Of a DNA stretch of 64,000 nucleotides, positions 13,251 through 24,700 are shown piece by piece (positions within the stretch are counted from its first letter, which is position 1; each line of letters opens with the position of its first letter). Location: NCBI RefSeq assembly GCF_964213995.1, contig NC_135823.1:682001-746000 (forward strand), written 5' to 3'. The translations under genes and the position numbers were made by a program. The DNA comes from Mustelus asterias. Taxonomy: Eukaryota. Under the pieces are notes generated by a model. That model was not told the DNA's origin. It worked only from the letters and a program-made list of their open reading frames with translations, and ran no database searches.

Positions 13251-13689
13251 ATCTGCACATTCTCCCCGTTTCTGCATGGGTTTCTTCCGGGTGCTCCGGT
13301 TTTCTACCACAGTCCGAAAGGCGCGGTAGTTAGGTGCATTGACGATGCTCAATTCTCCCTCAGTGTATGCGAACAGACGGCAGAGTGAGGCAACTGGGGA
13401 ATTTTCACTGTAATTTCATTGCATTGTGAATGTAAGCCAACTTGCGACACGAATAAATAAAATTAAAATGCTTCTTTATGTCTACTCCTTCTGTATCTCA
13501 CATAGTTTTATATATCTTAATCAACCACCTGCCCCCCCCCCCCACCCCACCCCGAACCCAGTCTCGTCTGCTCGAAGGGAAACAACGACAGTCTATACAA
13601 TCGTTCTTCATTTCTAAACATCTCCAGCCCGAGAAACATCCCGGTAAACCTCCTCTGCAGCAGTGCTAAACAATACCGTTGTGCTGGGA

Positions 13690-15000
13690 TGTAGGGAAAC
13701 ACTTTTGCACCCAGGAAATGGTGGGAGTCTGGAACTTACTGTCTGAGAGCGTGGCAGAGAGAGACCCCTTACAACATTTAAGAACTATTTAGATGTGCAC
13801 TTGTGATGTCAAGGCATACAAGGCTTTAGACCAATTGACTGCTCCTTGATTGGCAGAGGAATATTGTACAAAAGATGGGGTATCATGATGAAATAGTAGA
13901 AGACACTGGTGAGACCACAACTGGACCTTTGCGTGCAGTTTTGGCCATTACATTACAGGAAGGACATCATTGTCCAGAGAGAGCGCAGAGTACATTCACA
14001 AGAATGTTGCCAGAGCTGGAGAATTGTAGCAACGAGGAGGGATTGGAGAGGTTGGGTTTGTTTTCCATGGAACAGAGAAGGTTCAGGGGTGACAACATTA
14101 AGGTACACAAAATTCTGAGGGGTAGAGATAGAGTGGAGGGGAACAACCTGTTTCCCTTGGCAGAGCGATCAAAAACCAGAGGTCATAGATTCAAGATAAG
14201 TGGCAGGAACTGTGGAGGGGTTATGAGGAAAACTTTATTTTATGCAGAGGACGGTGGGTGTCTGGAATTCGCTGCCCGAGTTGGTGAAAGAGGGAGAGAC
14301 CCTCAACTCTGATTAAAATAAAGCAACTGGAGCTGCACCATAACTGCTGCAAGCTACGGGCTATGGGCCGGGTGAACAAAGGTGGGATTAGAATGGGCAC
14401 CTAGATGTCTTGGACCGGCATGGCCAAGATGAACCACATGCCTCCTTCTGCGCTGTATCATTTCTATGGCAATATCATTTTAGTCTGCACTGCATTTCTT
14501 TCAAAAAATTATTTCAGTTTTGCGGTATCCACATTTACTTACCGAGATTCATGTCCTGGGAGATTTAAGAAATGCAGCAGAAAGAGAGAGCCCAGGTAAA
14601 CATTGGCCTGTAAGTGTAATATAAGGTGTGAAATTGTCTGATCTGTCGTTATGCGTAATGTGAATATTGACATCGGCAAAATGAATACACCTGAAATATT
14701 GTGTGCAGTTTTGATCTCCTTTTCTGAGGAAGGATATTCTTGCTCTTGAGGGAGTGCAGCGATGGTTTACCAGGCGGATTCCGGGGATGGCGGGAGAGAT
14801 TGACTAAGTCAGGATTGTTTTCGCTGGAGTTCAGATGAATGAAGGGGGATCTCACAGAGACTTATAAAATTCTAACAGGACGAGACAGGGTCGATGCAAG
14901 GAGGATGTTCCCAATGGTTGGGGAGTCCAGAACCAGGGGTCACAGTCTCAGAATTCGAGGTAGACCATTAAGGCAGAGGTGAAGAGGCATTTCTGTCATT
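13690..15000 (+). mobile_element. Cluster of degraded CR1 3' fragments
   Basis: RPQLDLCVQFWP, RLGLFSMEQRR and TRGHRFK motifs at 13870-14470; further pieces at 13690-13830 and 14690-15000. Confidence 0.75.
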
Positions 15001-15417
15001 GTTAAATAGAAGTGTTTATCAGTATAAAGGATATCTTTGTGGGTGTGCTGGCTTTGTAGATGCGCAGATAAATAAATAGTATTACTCTCCTTAACTCTTA
15101 TGGCCAGCAGCTTATTTAAAGTGAATGACGTAATATTAAATTAAGTACAACAAATCACGTTACTTTTTTCGTTTCGAATTTAGAACCTTGTCTGTTTCTG
15201 TGTAGTGTCGCCATTTGTAATTTCTGCAAAAATGACCAATACATATTTGTAGAAAAGAGCAAAATATCGACAGGGTTCGGCAATGTAAAATTGTCCCTTT
15301 GTATCCAAAGGTGTGCTCAATCGATGGATTGGCCATGCTGATTTGCCCCTTCGTGTCTAAAGTGTGTAGGTTAGCTGGATTGGCCGAGCTAAATTGCCCC
15401 TGAGTGTCCAAAGATGT

Positions 15418-15627
15418 TTAACAACACCAGGTTAAAGTCCAACAGGTTTTTTTGGCAGCAAAAGCCACACAAGCTTTCGAAGCTCCAAGCCCCTTCTTCA
15501 GGCGAGTGAGAGCAGCTCCGAAAGCTTGTGTGGCTTTTTCTACCAAATAAACCTGTTGGACTTTAACCAGGTGTTGTTAAACGTCTTACTGTGATGACCC
15601 CAGTCCAACGCCGGCATCTCCACATCA
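15418..15627 (+). mobile_element. Penelope-derived fold-back mini-insertion
   Basis: Inverted arms of about 65 bp; 13-bp TSD tgtccaaagatgt (15405-15417 / 15628-15640). Confidence 0.85.
15468..15504 (-). ncRNA. Minimal type I hammerhead ribozyme motif in Penelope pLTR
   Basis: Minus strand CGC-CUGAAGA-A-GGGGC(UUGGA)GCUUC-GAAA-GC-UU-GUG: intact CUGANGA/GAAA core, stem II, palindromic AAGCUU stem III. Confidence 0.6.
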
Positions 15628-17104
15628 TGTCCAAAGATGTGCAGGTAAAGTAGATTGGACATGCTAAATTGCCCTTAATGCCCCAAGATGTGCAGGTTAG
15701 GTGGATTGGCCATGTCAAATTGCCCTTAAGGTATCAAGATGTGCAGGTAAGGTGGATTGGCCATGTCAAATTGCCCTTAAGGTATCAAGATGTGCAGGTA
15801 AGGTGGATTGGTCATGCTAAATTGCCCCTTGGTTTCAGGAGGACGAGAAGGGTAACTATGTGAAGTCACGGCAATAGGGCCCTGAGTGGGATTTCTGGCG
15901 GTGCAGGCTCGCTGGGCTGAACGACCCCCTCCTGCATTGTAGGAGTTTTATGATTTTATCAGTCATCTTATCAAGTTATCCGTTGTCTGTTTTCGGGATC
16001 CGATTTTGCGTAAATCTGAATCTCTTACATTGCAAAGGTAACTGCAGTTCCAAAGACACACCATAGGCTGCAAAGAGCCTTGGGGTATTATCTGTTCGGG
16101 ACAGGCTCCACATTAAGCAAGCCGACTGCAATCTCACTGAAATAATGTCGGCTGTGCCCTGGTGCAACCCATGCAAAGCAAAGAGGCAGCACTAACTGCT
16201 CACACATCAGCCTTTCAAAGGATGGCCTCCGCCTGGCTTTGATTTCATATTTTTCTAACACAATTGCATACAAAGCACAGCACAGATTGGTACCATTCGG
16301 CCCACTCGCAGCAGTTAATGCTCCAGACGTGCCTCATTCTCTCTTTCTATCACCCCATCAACATATCCTTCTCGCCCTTTCTCTCCTTCGTGTCTATCCA
16401 ACTCCCGAGTTAAAATACATTTTTGTCATTCGTCACGAGCAGAGGTGAGGAGCAAAATGGGGCATCGAATGCCATAACCAGATTTTAATGTTGCGATTTT
16501 TAAAAAATTGGGCACTTTTTAACTTGAGTGATTTGATTTATTATTGTCACATATATTAGTATATGGCGAAAAATTGGCCTACCTTGCATTAAGTTGATCT
16601 TTCTCGACACCCTAGCTATGACTGTAAAACTGCATTCTGCACTCTCTCCTTTCCTTCTCTATGAACGGTAAACTTTGTCTGTATAGTGTGCAAGAAACAA
16701 TACTTTTCACTGCATCCCAATACAGGTGACAATAATAAATCAAATCTATGTACTCTATGAACGGTATGCTTTGTCTGTACAGCGCGCAGGAAATAATACT
16801 TTTTAATCTATGCTAATACATGTGACAATAATAAATCAAATCAAATGAAATCAAAAGCACTCCCTGTGGTAGCGAGTTCCATATTCTGCCCATTCCTCCA
16901 AAATACATTTTTGTCCTGAATTCCCTATTGGCGGCTATCTCATCTTGCAATATTTTGAAATTCTACTCCTACTTTGTTGAACCATTTCATAATTGCAACT
17001 TCTCGATGGGTCAGCCCTCAATTTTCAATTGTTTTAGAGAAAAAGTGCTCCAATCTGTTCAAGCTTCACTGACAGTTACACATTCTCTCTTCTGTTATAA
17101 TGTT

Positions 17105-18020
17105 AACACAAAGATAAGTGGAAAAGTGAATCCTGTGGAGGGCGTAGAAGGTCTGCAGAGATATTTGAACAGGCTGAGTGAGTGGGCGAGGATCTGGCAG
17201 ATGGAGTATAACGTTGACAAATGCGAGGTTATACACATTGGAGGAAATAATAGCAAATTGGATTATTTAAATGGAAAACAATTACAACATGCTACTGTGC
17301 AAAGGGACCTGGGGGTCCTTGTGCATGAGATGCAATAACCCAGTCTGCAGTTGCAACAGGTGATCAAGAAGGCAAATGGGGTGTTGGCCTATATCGCAAG
17401 GGGGATAGAATATAAAACAGAGATGTCTTGCTGCATCTGTATAGGGCATTGGTGAGGCCGCAGCTGGAAAACTGTGTGCAGTACTGGTCCCCTTATTTGC
17501 GGAAGGTTATTTTGGCCTTGGAGGGAGTGCAGAGACGGTTCACCAGGTTGATACCAGAGATGAGGGGTGTTGATTATGAGGAGAGACTGAACAGATTGGG
17601 TTTCTACTCGTTGGAATTTAGAAGGCTGAGGGGGGATCTTATAGAGACCTATAAGATAATGAAGGGGCTGGATAGGGTATCGGTGGAGAGATTCTTTCCA
17701 CTTAGAAAGGAAGCTAGAACTGGAGGGAACAGCCTCAAAATAAAGGGGGGTCAGTTTCGGACAGAGTTGAGGAGGAACTTCTTCTCTCAGAGGGTGGTGA
17801 ATCTCTGGAATTCTCTGCCCACTGAAGTGGTGGAGGCTTCCTCATTGAATATGTTTAAATCACGGATAGATGGATTCCTGATCGGTAAGGGAATTAGGAG
17901 TTATAGGGATCAGGCGGGTAAGTGGAACTGATCCACTTCAGGTCAGCCATGATCTCATTGAATGGCGGGGCAGGCTCGAGGGGCGAGATGGCCTACTCCT
18001 GCTCCTATTTCTTATGTTCT
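17105..18020 (+). mobile_element. CR1 LINE 3' fragment
   Basis: WQMEYNVDKC, RPQLENCVQYWSP, tail tcttatgttctta. Same subfamily as 39187-39873. Confidence 0.9.
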
Positions 18021-18494
18021 TATTAACTGCACCTTTTCTGTTCCCTGTCAATCCTTGCTGGGGCAGCCCGGTGGCACCATGGTTAGCACTGCTGCCTCCC
18101 AGCGCCAAGGAACGGGGTTCGGTTCCCGGCTTGGTTCACCGTCTGTGCAGAATCTGCACGTTTTTCCCGTGTCTGCCTGGGTTTCCTCTAGGTGTTCCGG
18201 TTTCCTCCCACAGTCCGAAAGATATGCTGTTTACTTGGATTGGCCGTGCTAAAATCTCACTCAGTCTACCCGAACAGGCGGCAGAATGTGGCGACGAGGG
18301 GTTTTTCACAGTAACTTCATTGCAATGTTAATGTGAGCTGACTTGTGCCTGATAAATGAACTTTAGCATACTTTTCTCAGATTAGGAAGAATCGTGCTCT
18401 GGACGCAAAATCTGGCCTAACTGATGTGAGTAAGATAGATGAGGTATTTTGTCGAACATGTCGAATGGTCGCAGGCACCTAGACCTGTAGTAAA

Positions 18495-18507
18495 CAGGAA
18501 AACCGCA
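18495..18507 (+). promoter_or_regulatory. Adjacent ETS (CAGGAA) and RUNX (AACCGCA) sites in the putative promoter of the VJ-C1 gene
   Basis: caggaa-aaccgca lies about 165 bp upstream of the leader ATG. Motif match only. Confidence 0.4.
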
Positions 18508-18668
18508 GAGAGATCTCGACCTCGGTTCTATTTTCCAACACCAGTCATGTTTTAATTCATATGCACAGTGCGCACATTTCACACGTCCCTCACACAGAGA
18601 GAACAAGAGCGAGTTCTCAGTGAGATTCGGAACGGGGGATCAGAGTCTCACCTTTTGGGTCAAGGACA

Positions 18669-18711
18669 ATGAGTTTCCTCAGGATCTGTACATTGTTCCA
18701 CCTCTTCCAGG
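18669..18711 (+). CDS. Exon 1: signal peptide (leader) exon
   Basis: acaATG (A at -3) encodes MSFLRICTLFHLFQ followed by G|gtgaga, a phase-1 donor. Splicing to 20805 gives ...FQVTVS-QATLSQ, the typical split leader of Ig/TCR V genes. Confidence 0.78.
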
Positions 18712-21700
18712 GTGAGATGTCCTCATTATATTCAGATAAAGTGGAGGAGGATTTGGACAGAACGAAGAGGCAGAAATTGTTTTCATTGGCAGGAGTGCCG
18801 GGAACAAAGGGAACATGGATACAAGAATTTGGTAAAAGTACAAGAGAGGGAGATGAGGGGACTTTTTTCTTACCTGTCCGAATTGCTGTGATCTGGAGGG
18901 CTTTGCCTGAAAGGGCGGTGGAAGCAGATTCAAGAGGAACTTCCAAAAGGGTTTAATTGGAACTTTCAAAATGGGGGAACTGGTTACATAATTGAAGGGG
19001 AAAAATTTAGTAATATTAGCTAAATCTTTCAAAGACTCAAAGCCGACTCGAAGGGCCGAAAGGTCTCCCTCTTGATTCTGCGGTACTATACGATGTGAGT
19101 TAGCGTGTAAGTTTAACATAACAACGAAACAAATATTGCTGTGAAAATGGGAAGTCGATTAATAACAATGATTAGAAAGGAATTAATCTTAATTGCCATT
19201 TCTCCTGAGATATGACGTGTGAGTGGGCTCCGTTAACAATATTGGCCACTTTGGAGAAGAAACAATTTCAAGTAGAACTTCAGAGTGTGTTACAAGCTTT
19301 TGGCGAAAAAAGCGCCCAAAGTCAGCGGAGGAGAAGAAGAAATGAAGCAATGACAGAAAATGCTGGAACATCTCAGCGGCACACTAGTTAGCACTGCTGC
19401 CTCTCACCATCCGGCCCTGGGTTCGATTCCCGGCTTGGGTTACTGCCTGTGTGGAGTTTGCAATTTCTTGCCGTGTCTGCGAGAGTTCCCTCTGGGTGCT
19501 CCTGTTTCTTCCCACAAGCACAAAAATGTGCGGGTTAGGTTCATTGGCTGTGCTAAATTGCCCCATCGTGTCAGGGGGTCAGCAGGGTAAATAAGTGGGA
19601 TTATGGTGATTGTGATCAGTGCAGACTCGATGGGCCATTCGGCCTCTTTCTGCACTGTAGGGGCTCGACGATTCTAGGCCAGAGAGCATGAAGCTCTGTC
19701 GGAGGGTAATCCACATTCGGAGTGTTGGGTCTATTCTCTCTCCACACATACTCTCAGACCGAGAATCATACAGTCCTGAACGAGGCCATTTGGCCCATCG
19801 AGTCTGCACTTATCACAATTCCCATAACCCAACAGAGATTTTCCAGCATTTTCTGTTTTTGGTTCAGATTCCAGCATCCTCAGTCAGTTGGTGTCATATA
19901 AGGAGAGAGTGGGATGTAAACAATAGTTGAGAAATGTAGTTTCACTGTAGCTCTTCATGTGATTAACATTACACAGATCACACGCGAATCCTGCCCAGTA
20001 TTCAAATCAGATTTACTGGTGAATGGATTCGCATTGTACCTTTCGAAAGTGAGGAGGAAAATGGGGCAATTGACCGCCATAGTTAGAGGGATTTAAAAGT
20101 GCGATTTTAATTTTGAATCAGGCATTTTTTAAAATTTCATTTGATTCATTATTGTCACATGTATTAGCATACAGTGGAAAGTATTGTTTCCAACGCATTA
20201 TATAGAAAAAGCATACCATTCATAGAGAAGGAAAGGAGAGAGTGGAGAATATCGTGTTACCATCTTCGCTGGGGTGTAGAAAAAGATCAGTTTAATGCCA
20301 GGTCGGTCCATTCAAAAGTCTGATGGCAGCAGTGAAGAAGCTATTCTTGAGTCGGTTGGTACGTGACCTCAGACTTTTGTATCGTTTTCCGGACAGAGGA
20401 ATGCGGAAGAGAGAATGTCCGGGTTGCGTTGCGTCATTGGTTATGCTGGCTGCTTTTCCTGACTCGGTTAAAGTCCAACAGGGTTATTTGGTAGCAAAAG
20501 CCACACAAGCTTTCGGAGCTCTCAGCCTCGGGGCTTAGAGCTCCGAAAGCTTGTGTGGCTTTTGCTACCAAATAAACCTGTTGGACTTTAACCTGGTGTT
20601 GTTAAACCTCTTACTGTGTTTACCCCAGTCCAACGCCGGCATCTCCACATCATGCTTTTCCTGAGGCAGCGGGAAGTGTCGATGGAGTCAATAGATGGGA
20701 GGCTGGTTTGATTATTTACTCCCAATCGGCGTATTATGTTCGGGGGCTGTCTTCAGGGAATGTTCCATAACCTGAGGTGACTGTTCTCTCTCTCTCTCTC
20801 CCAGTTACAGTGTCTCAGGCCACCTTGTCCCAGTCTCCGCCGGTTCAGACCCTCCCTGCCGGGAGTCCTGTTAATCTCAGTTGTCGTATCCAGGGTCAAG
20901 CTGCTAGCTATGTCCACTGGTACAGACAGAGGGAGAGAAACGACATGGATTTGGTTTACACAGCGTTCCAGAACAGTCGAACTGAGGGGAGGTTTTCCAG
21001 CGAGATTTCTGAAAAAGCGGGCATTTGTTCACTAATCATTGCGGATTCCCAGAAAAATGATTCTGGGATGTATTACTGTGCAATCCCCAATTATCAAAAC
21101 ATGGTGCAAATATTTGGAAACGGCTCCAAGTTAGTGATCACAGGTAAATTCAATTATCATTCCATTGCAGTGGATATCTCAAAGCAATCAAAGTGTCCTG
21201 TTCAACCGGTTAATGGGTTCTCTGTTTCATTTGTCGGATTTAGCCGGTTCTCCCACCATATTCCTCCTCACCCCGCCGCTGGATGAGATTCCTGCCATGG
21301 AAAGAGTCCCGTTGTTGTGTTTGGTCAGAGGCGTGTCTCCCGATTCCTTTGCCGTGCGCTGGAATGTTTCGGGGCGGGATACCGAGGGACAGTCCGATTC
21401 GGGGACGCTGGAGCCGGACGGGACCTACACCATCAGGAGTTACATCAGCCTCTCGGTGGAAACTTGGCGAAGTGGCACTCACTGTACTTATGCCGTTCAG
21501 GTCAACTCCGGTGAAAGTATTCTCATTGAAAGTGTCTCATCTCAGAGAGGTAGCTATTCACAATGATCTTTTCTCAAGCCCTTTAACGTTAACGGGACAC
21601 TTCACGAAGAACAGTCCAACTTTGGAAATTAGCAATGTCTCTGCGGGTATCTCCATGGAGGTCCAATTCATCGCTGTCCTATCACGGCCCTTCCAATCGT

Positions 21701-24700
21701 TCAGAGTTTCGATTTCTGGCTCTTTAACGCTTTTTCGTTGCCGTAGAGAGCCGTGGATGTTCAATCACTGAAGCACATTTGTGAAAACGGATAGATTAAA
21801 GGGTAAGGGGAAAGGGTGGGAAAGTTAAGTTTATGTACACGGTTACCCATGGTGTTATTGAAAGGCAGAGTAGACAGGACAGGCCGAATGGCCTCTTTCC
21901 CTCCCCCACTTCTTGTGTCTGCCGAAGACACCGTTACATTTCTGAAGCTCAGGGACCACTCGGTCGGTGTTTCAAATTGAAATGTGTGATTATACCCTCT
22001 GTGTTGCACTTCATCTCAGCACGGTGGGGAACCATTTATTTATCCCTTCGTCTCTCTCTACTTCAATCCCTTTCAATTGCACCGTGCTACACGTTATCTG
22101 CGCAATGGCACATTAGCATTGCTGCCTCACTGCTCCAGTGACCCGGGTTCAATTCCGGCTTTGGGTGACTGTGTGTGTGGAGTTTGCATGTTCTCCCCGT
22201 CTCAGCGCGGGTTTCCTTCAGGTATTGCGGATTCCTCCCACACTCCAAAGGTATTCGTGGAAGTGGAAATGACTAGGGTTGGGAAGCATTTTCCGATCGG
22301 GGCCATTGTGATCTCCTGGACTCGTTTCGATCGCCTCAGGGGGTCGGAGAGGAATTTCCCAGATTTTTTTTTTCCCCATATTGGCCCTGGGGTTTTTCAC
22401 TCTGGGTTTTCGCCTCTCCCTGGAGATCACATGGTCTGGAATGGGGGGGTGGGGGTAAGTTAATAGGTTGTAATGAACAAAGCATCGTAGCTGTGAGGGA
22501 CAGCTCGGTGGATAGGATATTGGTATGTAGATAGGCTGGAAAATTGGGCGGGGATCCTGGATTCAGGATTCAATCCTGGACCAGGGAGCGGCGCGGGCTT
22601 GGAGGGCCGAAGGGCCTGTTCCTGTGCTGTATTGTTCTTTGTTCTTCTTTGTTCTTTGTTCTTTGTATGCAGGTTACGTGGATTGGCCGTGCTAACTTGC
22701 CCCTTAGTATGCAAAGATGTGCGGGTTAAGTGGATTGGCCACGCTAACATTCCTCTTAGTGTCCAAAGAGGTGCAGGTTATGTGGATTAGCCATGCTAAA
22801 ATACCCTTTAGTGTCCAAGGACATGCAGGTTATGTGGATTGGCCATGCTCAATTGACGCTTAGTGTCCAAAGATGTGTGGGTTAGGTTAATTAACCATGC
22901 TAAATTGTCAGGGTAAATACTTGGGCTCGCGTGGTTGGGCCCTGGGTGGCACTGATGTTGTGCTTGCTCGATGGGCCGAATAGACTTAGAACAAACAAAG
23001 AACAAAGAACAATACAGCACAGGAACAGGCCCTTCGGCCCTCCAAGCCCGCGCCGCTCCCTGATCCAAACTAGACCATTTTTTCGTATCCCTCCATTCCC
23101 ACTCCGTTCATGTGGCTATCTAGATAAGTCTTAAACGTTCCCAGTGTGTCCGCCTCCACCACCTTGGCCGGCAGGGCATTCCAGACCCCCACCACCCTCT
23201 GTGTAAAAAACGTCCTTCTGATATCCGTGTTAAACCTCCCCCCCCCTCACCTTGAACCTATGACCCCTCGTAAACGTCACCACCGACCTGCGAAGAAGCT
23301 TTCCACCGTTCACCCTATCTATGCCTTTCATAATTTTATACACCTCTATTAGGTCGCCCCTCATCCTCCGTCTTTCCAATGAGAACAACCCCAGTTTACC
23401 CAATGTCTCCTCATAACTAAGCCCCTCCATGCCAGGCAACATCCTGGTAAACCTCCTCTACACTCTCTCTATAGCCTCCGCGTCCTTCTGGTAGTGTTGC
23501 GACCAGAACTGGGCACATTATTCCAAATGCGGCCGAACCAACGTTCTATACAACCTCAACATCTGACCCCAACTTTTATACTCTATGCCCCGTCCTATAA
23601 AGGTCAGCATGCCATATGCCTTCTTCACTACGCTCTCCACCTGTGCCTTCACATTCAAGGATCTGTGGACTTGGACACCCAGGTCCCTCTGCGTATCTAC
23701 ACCCTTTATGGTTCTGCCATTTATCGTTTAGCTCCCCCTTACGTTAGTTCTACCAAAATGCATCACTTCGCATTCGTCTGGATTGAACTCCATCTGCCAT
23801 TTCTTTGCCCAAATTTCCAGCCTATATATATCCTTCTGTAGCCGCTGACAATGTTCCTCACTATCTGCAAGTCCAGCCATTTTCGTGTCGTCCGCAAACT
23901 TACTGATCACCCCAGTTACACCTTCTTCCAGATCGTTTATATAAATCACAAACAGCAGAGGTCCCAATACAGAGCCCGGCGGAACACCACTAGTCACAGG
24001 CATCCAGCCGGAAAAAGACCCTTCCACTACCACCCTCTGTCTTCTGTGACCAAGCCAGTTCTCCACCCATCTAGCCACCTCCCCCTTTATCCCATGAAAT
24101 CCAATCTTTTGCACCAACCTACCATGAGGTGTGTACTGTAGGGATTTTATGATCTGTCCAGTTGTTAATCTTCCCAAGTTAACCTCCCCTCCCTCCGCTT
24201 CTCTCTCTCAATCCTCCTTTTTACCCTTGTGTAGCTTTTCGGTCAGTCTGTCCGAAGACCCTGATTGCAACTCTTTCACTCTCACTCTACCTTCAGCTAT
24301 TTATCTCCCTCTCTCTCCCTCCCTGCCTCTGTCTCTCCCTCTACTTATTGTTTAACTAGTATTCCCCAGCGTTCCATCTTTACTTTTTTTATGCTAGTTA
24401 CATGGTGCTCCAAGTAAGTGTCTACCCATCTCTCTCTGCATTATCTACTTTGTTCTCTTCTTTTCTCTCTTTCTCGAAACCTCTCTCAATGTTTCATCAT
24501 TGGAAATCGAGCTAAATAATTCTGTGTAAGTTATCTGCTCTGCCTATCTCTCCATCTCTAGTCCCGTTTGAACAGTGATCCATCAGATTGCTGCTCTAAT
24601 TTTCAATCATTTATTCTTTCAATATATCTGGGGAATTTTTTCATGAGGTGGAGATGCCGGCGTTGGACTAGGGTAAACACAATAAGAAGTCTAACAACAC

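Noticed and set aside
21074-21080. Cryptic heptamer TACTGTG in V framework 3
   Set aside because: It is a by-product of the Tyr-Cys codons, and I found no convincing GGTTTTTGT-like nonamer upstream.
20777-21286. Track ORFs 20777..21286, 21165..21566, 25997..26311 and 26211..26660 as separate proteins
   Set aside because: They are exons of one gene read through into flanking intron sequence.
20805-21549. Rearranging TCR or germline-joined Ig light chain gene
   Set aside because: There is no RSS, V and J are contiguous, the C1 lacks the IgL C-terminal Cys, and the TM lacks the charged residues of TCR chains. The Tyr-motif tail fits neither.
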